Assembly (NCBI GenBank): GCA_964016885.1
Contig: OZ024740.1
Coordinates: forward strand, 255,068,001 to 255,132,000
Source: Eledone cirrhosa
Taxonomy: Eukaryota
DNA: 64,000 nt
Direction of reading: 5' to 3'
The notes beneath the pieces were generated by a model. The model saw only the letters and a program-made list of their open reading frames with translations, was not told the DNA's origin and did not search any database. The position numbers were made by a program, and so were the translations under genes. This document shows positions 1 to 11,196 of the stretch, piece after piece (within the stretch, counting starts at the first letter, position 1; every line of letters begins with the position of its first letter).

Positions 1-800
1 CTCTTCAAGAGAACTTTCAGCCCGGGGCCTATGGACAACTTCCAGAAATCCCTGGCCTGGCAGTGCTACCGGGGAGCGTTGCCGGTTCGAGATAAGCTCT
101 ACAGGCACGGAAGTGCCGTCAGCCCGGCCTGTCCGAGATGCGCACAGAGCGACGAAACCGTTGTGCACGTACTCTTTCAGTGTCCTAGCATTGCTGACTT
201 GTGGAACTATGTCGAACATTTGCTGTCACGTGTAGGACAGATCCGTTTATCGACTGAGTCCATTGTGCAGATAGCCCCACCGTCCTCCTTTAAGGAGGGG
301 GAAGGGCAGGCAGTTTTCATCTGCCTGGTGGCCATGGTGAAAGAGATTGTATGGTTGACAAGGTTGAAAGTATTGAAGCCGGACACTTTCCTCCTTCGGT
401 GAATCCCTGATTAACTTTTTCAAATTTCACTTGAAGAGGAAAATCAGAGTGGAGAGACAAGTGCTGTCTTCAAATAAGCTTGTTGAAAGGTGGGTGAAAG
501 TGACGAGTCTGGTCCGAGTGAACGGGCCCGCTCTGAGTATGCGCCTGTAGACTAAGGAGTGGAAAACTGAGAGAGAGCGCTTGTCCTGGTGGTCAGGGTG
601 GTCAGGGTGGCCGTGGTCTTTTGTGTGGTTTTCGCCACGAGTGTCCCTCGGAAGTTTCCCCCCATTGGGGAATTTTTTGTTGTTTGAATTTTTTGATATT
701 TCTATCTTCTTGTTATAACCTTTTTTACACGGCCAAAACCCACTTTGTATCGTCCTGTACCGTTCTGTGCCGTCTGTAATGTTTTGTGGCCAATAAAGAA
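1..800 (+). mobile_element. Tx1-clade LINE copy A, 3' end (ORF2 C-terminus and 3' UTR)
   Basis: ORF 31-402 'RDKLYRHG..CPRCAQSDETVVHVLFQC' matches the ORF2 C-terminal Cys/His motif of the other copies; ends GTGGCCAATAAAGAA (AATAAA 792-797). Confidence 0.9.
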
Positions 801-801
801 A

Positions 802-979
802 CCGGACGCCATGCTTTGACGCATAGAGTTACGTCCCTTGCCATTCTGAGTTCAAATCCTGCCGAGGTTAACTTTGCCTTTCATCCTCACGGGATCGATG
901 AAATAAAGTACCAGTAATGCACTGGGTAATTGCTGGCCTTGTGCCAAAAGTAGAAACAATTATTATTATTATTATTATT
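802..979 (+). mobile_element. tRNA-derived SINE (Meta/MESC-like central domain), 5'-truncated, (ATT)n tail
   Basis: B-box GAGTTCAAATCC, body GGTTAACTTTGCCTTTCATCCT..GATGAAATAAAGTACCAG, end GGCCTTGTGCCAAAAGTAGAAACA(ATT)n; six copies in the window. Confidence 0.85.
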
Positions 980-1194
980 GAATGCCATGGTTGACGGAGG
1001 CTCGGCTCTGTAAGGTATTGTAATTTTTAACCTTTATAACAATTGTAAATTTTTAAAACTTGAACCAAATTGTAGATAAAGACACCCTCCTCCTCACGAG
1101 AGGGGTCTTTCTGCCCGTTGTTTGGCCCTTCGGGGTTAAATAACCAGTTATTGGTGATTTGTGCCCAATATTTATTTTAAACCGTAAAAAAAAC

Positions 1195-3297
1195 ATGGCT
1201 ACAAAAAAGAATTTTCACAAGTCACTCCCACTCCTTCCGTCTTCTTTTTCCCCAATCGTCATTACGTCAGAGAAAAGATTGTCTCTCTCCCTCCCTTCTC
1301 TAAATGTAGTGTCGCCTCTTTCGCAAGCGACGCCATTAAAGAAAAAGAAAAATGTAGTTTCTCGTAGCGTTCTTCGTCAAGAGAACGGGCGTACCGTGGA
1401 ACATTTCTCCACGACGACGATAACGAAAGATGTGTGCGGTAAATACGGAAAGCCATTTCATTCGTCTGACGTCATGAAGAATAGCAGCAGCAGCTGTAAT
1501 AACAGCAGCAGCAAAAACAGTGGCGAGGAAAATACTAGTAGCAGCCGCAATAACCTATCAGCAGCATAAACAGCAACAGCAGCAGCAACAGCAGCAACGA
1601 CAGCAGCAGCAGCAGCAACAGCAACAACAACAACAGTAGCAACAGCGATGGCGGCGGTCGTAGTACCAGCAGCAACAACAAAAGTAACAGCAGCTCTGAC
1701 GACAACAACAACAAGAAAGCAAAACCGATCTCGTTTGCAGGTATCGCAAAGAACCGGGAAACCATCCTTATAACAAATGAGGAATTACAGGAAGCAAGGA
1801 AGATGGTGACGAAAACCGGACACCGAGCAATCTGCAAGGCAGCCGAAGAAATTTTCGTAACCTAACAGCACTGTACGGTCACGTACCGTACAGTAAGCAC
1901 AACATCACGTAGGGTTGAATGAGCCACAGAGGCTCAAATACAAAAGGTCTTAGGGTCTGTGTGGCAGCGGAAAACGCATATCACCCGAGGCAAAAAATAT
2001 GCCACCGTGGACGTGCATTTTTTGCCACACCCCAGGAGGCAAAGGCTCAATCCTTGGTGACCCTAAGGAGCGAGGAAATGGTGTTGGTGCCCTCCTACTG
2101 CGGGAAAAAAATTGAGAGGGTCCAACTGACCCAACTCCCGCACCCCGGGATGGCCCCTTCTTGGCTGGCGGCGTCTGTCCTCGTCGGAATCGAGGAAAAA
2201 CAACCGTACTGCAACTACAGAAAAAAGTACGAGAAGATTGGGTCGGCGCCTCCATTGAGATGTTAATTCAAACCAACCAGGAGTGCATCGAAGTTATCCC
2301 GGATGTGATAGACTTCGATTACGGCACTCAACTTCCCATAAGTTTTGAGGGCAAATGCCCGAAATGCTTTCGCTGTGGGTCGAAGACTCACCTCAGGGCC
2401 TTCTGCAATGAGAAGACCATGAGAAAGGAGAAAACCCCCTCCTTCCGAAACCGGCTCCACTGCTACCATCAACAGGACAGCAGGAAGGATAGGTCCGTGG
2501 CAACCATACCCACCCACGGAAATCAAGAACAGCAGCAGCAGTGGAAGTATTAACAGCAACAACAGTAATACCAACTGCAGCTGCAACAGAGACTCCACTG
2601 CAACCATCACCAACAAGAATAAGTGAAAGAGTGGAGCTGGTACCCCTCCCCGACCTCACAGAATCAGACATGGAGTGTGAGGTGGGAGAGGGATGGCAAA
2701 AGGTCGCAAGAAGGGACAAACGCAGAAGCAGCGCATCGTCGCCTTCGAAAAGGGAGGGAAGAAATGAAACGGGGGTAAAGGCTACTGCAAAGAGACTTAC
2801 AGCAGCAACACCACCAACACCATCACCACCCACACTAGCATTACCATCACCACCGGCAGCAACCCCACCGCCAACAACAACAACACCTTCAACAACACCA
2901 CCACAAGCACCAACATCGCAAACACAACAACAAAACACACACACACAGCAACAACGACAAGAAAATAGCAGAACCACACACCATCCCCAGAAAAAGAAAT
3001 GCACAGCAATAAATACACAAGAAACTAATGACTTACATAATTGAACACACAGACATTTCACAGCACGACTACATAATACCAGCACCAATCAAAACACCAA
3101 CGAACATAAGACTGGTAAGAATATCACAGAAACAATACACAAACAATAAAATGAAATTCCCCAACGCAGTTGGTGATTTCAGAGACCTAGGAGGGACACT
3201 CAACCGGAGAGTATACTCGGATATACTCACAGAAGAGCCGACGACCAGCCGAAGGGACGATTCAACGGTCCCTTCACCAGACGATCAAGGTAAGTGA
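1195..3297 (+). pseudogene. Tx1 ORF1 (nucleic-acid-binding, CCHC zinc knuckle), frameshifted
   Basis: ATG 1195; CX2CX4HX4C 'KCFRCGSKTHLRAFC' in ORF 2161-2553; T/P/Q low-complexity tracts; ends ...DQGK* at 3297. Confidence 0.8.
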
Positions 3298-3329
3298 TCC
3301 TTTCTCACTTGCCCCGTTCCTCACCAAAC

Positions 3330-6300
3330 ATGGCCGTATTCAGGATCGGAAGTGTAAACGTGCGTGGCTTGAGCTCGGTTTGGAAGCAGGGTCACTTGCT
3401 TAACGATCTCAGGTCACTAAACATAGATCTGGTGGTCATCAGCGAGACCAGAATCTCCGAAGCACGAGCCTTCGCACCGATCTTCGGCGGCTACGATGTA
3501 TACGCATCTCTCAGCCGTCCAGGATCAGGGGAGGGGTTGCCGTCCTTTTTCGGAGAGGCTTGGATCTCGCCATAAGGTCCATCTTCCTAGACCCAGAAGG
3601 TAAGTCGGTGGTGCTGGACGTGACCGGCACCGAAGGCAATGCTTTCAGGCTAGTAGCCGTCTACGCCCCAACTGGGGCAGGACGGCCAGATTACTTCAGA
3701 GACCTTTCTTGGAAAGTCCCGATTTTTAGTGTTAGTGGGCGACTGGATGCACGCTGGGATTGTGTGGGGCTAGTGGATAGGGGAGGAGGGTGAAAGAGCC
3801 TCACCAACCTGCTCAGACGTTTTGAACTGTCTGACAGGTATCGAGTGGATCACCCGAATGTGTCAATGTCGACATGGACAAACCGCATCGGGTCATCCAG
3901 ATCGTATCTCGATAGGGTATTCTGCAGAAAACTAGATAAGGCTAGTATAAGTTGTCCACAATTTAAAATCGACATAGACAGACTTCATGTGAGATCGACA
4001 TAGACAGATTTCATAGAACAAGGACCCGGTTACTGGAAGCTGAACGCGCCTTTCCCGGCGCGCAAAGCCGACAGAGACCGGATTAGCGTATTAGTTTAGC
4101 GCGCGTTGACGGGAGCGGTCGTCAACAACAGGTGGTGGTCCGCCCTGAAAAGAGCAATTAAAGTAGAGTCGATTAGGTTTAGTAAAGGAATAGGGATAGA
4201 GGAAAATAGAGTAGAGGGAGAGCTAGTCAGAAAGCTAGAAGAGGCGTTTAGGACAGGCATCGCAACCGACGTCCTTGCGGGGAGATTGGCACGCGACCAA
4301 TTCTTCAAATCAAAACACGAAGGCTGCGTTGTCAGAGCTAGAGCGCCTGCTCTAAAACACGAGAGGACAAAAGCCGTCCAATGGGCCCGGGTGGCAGAGG
4401 CGCGACGTGGCAACAAAGCCACAATTCGGTCTTTATCTGACCAAAACGGGCGCGTGTTGCTCGAACCCGAGCAGATGTGTGAAGTTTTTCAGCAGCACTT
4501 TGCTGAACTGTTCGGGAGCAGGGGCAGGCCGGATCGGGGTATGGACTTCAATGCATACCTAGACGGACTGCCTCGGCTCTCGACGACCGCAGCACAGTGT
4601 TGCGAAAAGCCAATAACAGCCAGTGAAATACGGGAAGCGATGGCTAACTGCACGAGGGGTAAATCGCCAGGTTTGGATGGTCTGCCCTACGAGCATTATG
4701 CATTTATGCCAGACTTGTTCGGTGACCTCTTGGCAGACATCTACTGAAACTGGCAGCAGAACGGGAGCATTCCCAGTTTTGTGAGCTGGGGAGCGGTGGC
4801 GCTGCTTAGAAAAGACCCGGGGATGTTATCAATAACTTCAGGCCAATAACCCTGCTAAACGCAGAGTTCAAGATTTTGGCCAAGGTGTTAGCAACGAGGT
4901 TGGCGCTTGTCGTCAAGGGTCTGGTGGGAGAGGCGCAGAAATGCGCCATTCCGGACAGATCCATACACGACAACCTCCACCTCATGCGATACATCATAGA
5001 GAGTGTGGTTAAGGAACCTGGCACGTGTGAGGCCCTGATCAACTTGGGTCAATCCAAGGCACTCGATAGGGTCGACCATCGGTACCTGGCGGCGGTCCTC
5101 AAGGCGGCCGGTTTCGGGCCCTTTTTTCATGGGTTGGATCGCTGCGATGTACAGCGACATCTGCTCAGTTGTGAGGGTGAACGGTCACTTGTCGCAGCCG
5201 TTCAGCATCATGTGCTCGGTCCGCCACGGTTGTCCCCTCTCGTACCTCTTGTACGTATTGGCTCTCGATCCGTTACTGCACAAACTGGAGGCGATGAGGG
5301 GCGTCCCACGCGAACTAGTATGAGGGAAATCCGAGACGGCTTACGCCGACGACGTCACCGTGGTGGTGTCGAGCCCCAAACACGTCCAGATATTTGGCAC
5401 CGCTCTCAAGGAATACGAAGCGGTGACAGGAGCAAATATAAACCAGGAAAAGTCGGTGGGCTTGCAGCTCTGGACCTGGAGAGGCAAGTCCATGCGGTCC
5501 TACAGCGTCGTGGGGCGTTGGACGGACGGGCCGGTTAAATTGCTTTGGGTCTGGTTCGGTCTGGACCTCCAGATGGAGAAAAACTGGAGCGAGGTGACGA
5601 GCTAGTTGAGCTCCCTCACCCAGAAATGGTCCGAGAGGAAGCTGTCTCTGAAAGGCCGGGCGGAGGTGGCGAATGCGTACATCGCATCTGTCATCTGCTA
5701 CCGCCTCCCCGTCGTCCCTTGCCCCGGCCCAACTCTCACCCAAATGGAGCGCCTCCTCTTCCGCTTTTTGTGGAAGGGACGCGCTCCCATGGTCAGACGA
5801 TCCATCTGCCGTCAACACCCATTGCGTGGAGGACTGGGCATGCCATGTCTGATGATGCGCAAACAAGCGCTGAGGCTGCGACATCTCTGGTGCTTCCTTG
5901 ATGGTGAACAGGTGTGGTCGCCGTTCGCCAGGCACGTTTTCCCATAGCTCGTCTCCTTGACGGAGCTGAAGTCCTGGGTCGGGAAAAGACCGAGGGTTAG
6001 CGCTTGGAAACTGGAATGTCTCCAGGCGCTAACTGCCCTCAGCCAGCTGGGCACCAGTATCGGTGGAACATCCCCCTCGGCGTTCTATAGAGGACTAGTG
6101 GAGGGGAAGAGCGACGACGTATTCGGAGAGATCCTGGGCGTGGAAGAAGATCAGCTGGTTGCTGAGAACTTTCAGCCCAGGGCCTATGGATAACTTCCCA
6201 AAATCCATGGCCTGGCAGTGCTACTGTGGAGCGTTGGTGGTTCGAGATAAGCTCTATAGGCACGGAAGTGCCATCAGCCCGACCTGTCCGAGATGCGCAC

Positions 6301-6700
6301 AGAGCGACGAAACCGTTGTGCACGCACTCGTTCAGTGTCCTAGCATTGCTGACTTGTGGAACTATGTCGAACATTTGCTGTCACGTGTAGGAAAGATCCG
6401 GTTATCGACTGAGTCCATTGTGCAGATGGTCTCGCCGTCTTCCTTCGAGGAGGAAGGGCAGGCGGTTTTCATCTGTCTGGTGGCCATGGCGAAAGAGATT
6501 GTGTGGTGGACAAGGTTGAATGGGTTAAAGACAGATACTTTCCTCTTCGGCGAATCCCTAATTAACTTTTTCAAGTTTCACTTGAAGCCGAAAATCAGGG
6601 TGGAGAGGCAAGTGCTGCCTTCTAGCAAGTGTGTTGAAAGGTGGGTGAATGTAGCGAGAATGGGCCGAGTGAACGGGTCCGCTCCAAATATTCTCTGTAG
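3330..6700 (+). pseudogene. Tx1 ORF2 (APE endonuclease, reverse transcriptase, Cys/His motif), multiple frameshifts and stops
   Basis: SVNVRGL, ISET, VYAP (APE); KSPGLDGLP, FRPITLLN, KALDRVDH, GCPLS, YADD (RT); GGLG; CPRC..ET..HAL..C. Confidence 0.92.
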
Positions 6701-7005
6701 TTTGAGAAATGGAAAAAAATTGAGAGAGGGCACTTGCCCTGTTGGTCAGGGTGGCTGTGGTCTTTTGTGTGGTTTTCGCCACGAGTAACCCTCGGAGGCT
6801 TCCCCCCTATTGGGGAATTTTTCTTTGTTTCAATTTTCATTTTTATTGTTTATATATATATATATATGTTTCTTTGTCTTTTTTTTCTTTTCTATATAAA
6901 TAATAAAAATCTTTATACGCACAAAACCCAAATCGTACCGTCCTGTACCGTCCTGTGCCGTCTGTAATGTTTTTCTTGATGTCAGCCCTTATGGCCAATA
7001 AAAAG

Positions 7006-10000
7006 TGCAGCCTCAGATATTCAGGACGTATCGGAGGGTTCTTGCTGTTCCCAGCAAGCATGCCTTTTGAAGTGTTCCAAAAAGCGGGAGGGGACCAATT
7101 TTCTTTAACCATCCTTGGAAACTCTTTGAGATAGTACCCAGTGCGCCTATGACAATCGGGACCACTTTGACTTCATGGCAGTTCCAAATCCTTTTTACCT
7201 CCCACTTTAAGTCCTTGTATCGGTTAATTTTCTCCATCTCCTTCTCTTGCACTCTCGTGTCGAATGGGCAGGCTGCATCCACAATCAGGCACGATCTTTT
7301 TCCTTGTCCAAAACCACCAGGTCAGGTCTATTGTGTCCAGTTTCTTGTCCGTCTGTATCCTAAAATCCCACAGCACCTTCACCTGATCGTTTTCTATCAC
7401 CGACTCTGGTTTATGCACATACCACTTCTCAGAATGTGGTAAATTGTTTACTTTGCATAGGTGCCAGTGGATCACCCTGCCCATCACATCATGTCTCCGG
7501 CCTTTATAGTGAGTCTGAGCTAGGTGTTTACACTCGGATACAATGTGAGCCACAGTCTCCTCTCTCTCTTCACAGATCCTGCACAGTGGGCTAGCCTCCT
7601 CCTTGTAAATATGGTGTTTCAACCACTTCATTTTGAGGGCCTGCTCTTGCGCAGCCATTAACATTCCTTCTGTAGCCTTTTTAAGGTCTCCTCTTTTTAA
7701 CCAGTTCCATGTCTGTGGATCTCTGAATTCAGTTTTCTCAAAGAAGGTACTATGAAGGGATTTTTCATGAAGGTTGCTCTTTCTCCTTGTTATTTCCTCC
7801 TTGGACATCCCCTGGTCTATTGTCCTCTCCTTCAGTACAATTCTGAGCATTGGCTCCCTACTATCAGTCACGTATTTGTGTAGGTTGTTTTTCTCTATCT
7901 GAACACAGTCTTCTATGTTGATAAGACCTCTTCGACCTTCAGATCTCCTTAAGTAGAGTCTATCGACATCACTCCTCTTGTGGAACATCTTGTAGATAGT
8001 TAATAGCTTCCTCGTCTTGCTATCCATTTCTTTTTGTTCAGCAACATTCCATCTCAGAATTCCCGCACTGTACCTAATAATAGACACAGCTCGGGAATTT
8101 ACTGCACTTATGGCATTCCTACTGTTCAGATGTGACTTTAATACGCTCCTTACTCTCCGGATGTATTCAGTTCTTATCAATTCCTTCATTCTTTTGTTCT
8201 TGATGTCATCAGCCTCCAGAACACCTAAATATTTGTATCCTTCTTCAGTGTCAATTTACTTTATCATCTCACCTGTTGGTACCTGGATTCCGTTGCTTCT
8301 GTTCAACTTACCACTCTTCATCACAAGGACTCCACACTTACTAATACCAAATTGCATACATATATCATTGCTGAAAATACGGACAGTGTCAACAAGCACA
8401 TCCAACTCCTTCTCACTCTACCCGAAGAGCTTAAGATCGTCCATGAAGAGGAGGTGATTGATGGTAAGCTCTCCCTTTCCCAACTTGTATCCTGCTCTCA
8501 CTTTTCGCAGGCATCAGGGCAAGGACAAACAACAGAGGGGACAGACTATCTCCCTGGAAGATACCTCTCTTGATCTTCACGCCTCCCAAGGATTCTCAAG
8601 CCGATGTTAGCTCTGTTTTCCAGGACTTCATACTTTTGCTCAACAACTGTCTGATGTTATCTGCCACCTTGAAGATCTCTTGGCTTTTGGTGATCTAGGA
8701 ATGATGGACCATGTCAAATTCCTTTTTGTAGTCTATCCATCCCATGGCAAGACCAGTCTCCTCTTGCAATTCCTCATTACCATCTTACCAATAAGTAACT
8801 GGTCCTTTGTACCACGGGCATCCTTTCTGTTCGTCCGGTAACAAGTTGTTTATGTGGAGGTGATGGTAGATTTCCTCAGACACAATGCTTGTTAACAGTT
8901 TCCACATTACGGACAGACATGTGATAGGTCTATAGTTGGTAACATCATTACCCTTGATTCGGTCTTTCATTACCAGAACTGTCGTACTTTTTGTCAACCA
9001 CTCTGGTACATCACCTGACATCAAGCAGTCATTGAACATGGTTGTCTGTTTCGGGTAGAGGGATGTTATATTTTTAATCCAATACCCCTGCACACCATCC
9101 GGGCCTGGTGATTTCCAGTTGGTTAGTTTTTTGGCCTGCCCCTTAAGAGTTTCAACTGTGATACTCAAATCAGTTTGTTGGTGTGCCTGTTCACTAATCT
9201 TCTTCTGTACTGTCTCAATCCACACTGCCTGATCATTATGTTTAACATCCTGCTCCCATATTCTCTCCAGAATGTCTTAGTTTGTTCCGCCTCAGGAATC
9301 AAGTCGTTGCCTCTTTCTTTCCCTTCAAGCTGTCCAAACAACATATTCTGGTTGTTGTCAAACATGCGGTTCTGTCTATACTGACTGACTCTGCTCTCGT
9401 ATCGCCTAATTTTTGCACTCTTTGCTACAATGCGTTGCTTCAGTTCCTCTATGATAATAATTAGCTTTTTCCTCCTAGTTTTGTACTTTATTTCCAGTCT
9501 ATTTTTAGTGTCTATGTTTTTTAGTGTCCCATTCAGTAGGGACTCAAGCTTTCCAATGTCAGTTCTCATTTCCCTGATTTGACCATTCAGTCATTTCTTC
9601 CACCAAGGTTCTGATCTTTCTTGTTTGTTGTTTCCTCTCGCTTTTATGCCAAGTAATTTCCTCACCGTATTTGCTGTTGCCTTGAGGATCTCCTCGCCTC
9701 AAGGTATGGGATGACTCTGTTTACCTTAGCTGTTGTTTCTTTTAACTTTTTCCTGTCTACAAATCTTAGGTTCATAGGTTTCCCACTATCATTGTTCATT
9801 TCATCTACCACTAAGTTTAGGATATCAACCAAATCTTATCCAAGCCCGTCAGTATTCATTTCGTCAATGGCCGTATCTTTGTTCCAGGTATTATTTATTT
9901 CAGCATTCAGATCATTGTCTGCTTCGGATGGTTCCTCCGTTCTCTCAACCTCTTCACCTTCATTTCCCACTAGCTCGTTTGCCTTTCATACTACACTCTC

Positions 10001-10440
10001 TATTTCCAACCTAATCTCTCTGCTCAGTTCCTCCTGTTCCAGCTCGCTTATCCACCCATTAGTTCTTATTACCCGAGCCTGCCCGGCCAATTTTTGTTCA
10101 TCTAATTTAAATAGACCAATCTCGTTCCAGATGTTATGCATCCGTTTCCTCTAGCCTTTTTCCTTGGGGTTACTCTTCAGGTAGCATGACAGTTCTATTC
10201 AATTCTTTCGTCCAGTTGGTTCTTGTCCCTTTCCTTCTTCTTCTTCCTCCAACACCAGCAGTATTTGGATGACAGCCAAGTACCTGCTGCTGGACCAGGG
10301 AGCACTTGCTGGGTGAGAGTCTTTCACATGACGTTCCAGTCTCCTTTTCACCGTTATTCGAACTGTTTAGGTTCGACATTTAAACACTCATATCGAGGAT
10401 TGGTTAATGTATGGTTACATCCCCACCGGTGTTTTTAGCG
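7006..10440 (-). mobile_element. R4/Dong-like non-LTR retrotransposon (single ORF: RT plus restriction-like endonuclease), degenerate, 3' UTR mostly lost
   Basis: NWKSPGPDGVQGYWIK, NYRPITCL, RLYL, CRICEEREETVAHIVSEC..RHD, LWDFRIQTD, D..CPFD..KE.EKI.RY.DL, VVPIVIGALG; ATG 10379, stop 7013; clade assigned from remembered motifs. Confidence 0.8.
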
Positions 10441-10562
10441 TGACGAAAATAAATAAATAAATAAATAAATAAACATAAGTTTCGGGGCAATTTTTGTGAC
10501 ATTTATCTATCACTATTTTTGTGCTGTTTTTAATGTTTTCCTAATCTGAATCATGTTTATAA

Positions 10563-10733
10563 GAGAGTGTCGGACGCCATGCTTTCCAGCATAGTTATGC
10601 CCCTTTACAATCTGAGTTCAAACCCCGCTGAGGTTAACTTTGCCTTTCATCCTTACCAGGTCGATAAAATAAAGTACCAGTAATACACTGGATAAGTGCT
10701 GGCCTTGTGCCAAAAGTAGAAACAATTATTATT
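10563..10733 (+). mobile_element. SINE copy (same family as 802-979)
   Basis: GTCGGACGCCATGC..GAGTTCAAA..GGCCTTGTGCCAAAAGTAGAAACAATTATTATT. Confidence 0.85.
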
Positions 10734-10950
10734 TGACATCGTTTAAACTAAACATTTTGAGAGACTTTAGAGATACAACGACAATAATTATTATTATGAT
10801 GGGATTGGTGGTGGTGTCAGCGGTGATGTTGCCGTTATATGGCTTATAAAGAAATTATTAATATAATATACTTGTCACCTTTGTTGAAGTTGCCTTTGTT
10901 ATTATTGTTGGCTATGCCGGTGGTGCTGGGGCTTTTATTATATTATTATT

Positions 10951-11105
10951 TGGACGCACATGTGTGAAGACGTACAAGTCTGAGGTGGAAAAGGTTCGTA
11001 ACTTTAAGCTGTTTTAAAGTATCATTTTTTGTATTTTCTTGTCGATAACGAAGTCAAAGGTACCCACCTTGGTTCCAAGGAGGGGAAACCTCTCAATATT
11101 CTGGC

Positions 11106-11196
<91 letters not shown>

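Larger units (their letters stand above)
980..7005 (+). mobile_element. Tx1-clade LINE copy B, near full-length, degenerate
   Basis: Starts right after (ATT)n; 5' UTR, ORF1, ORF2 (APE-RT-Cys motif), 3' UTR with AATAAA 6997-7002; tail missing. Confidence 0.92.

Noticed and set aside
1535-3088. Cys-, Leu- and Val-rich antisense ORFs
   Set aside because: Reverse frames of the CAA/CAG-rich Tx1 ORF1.
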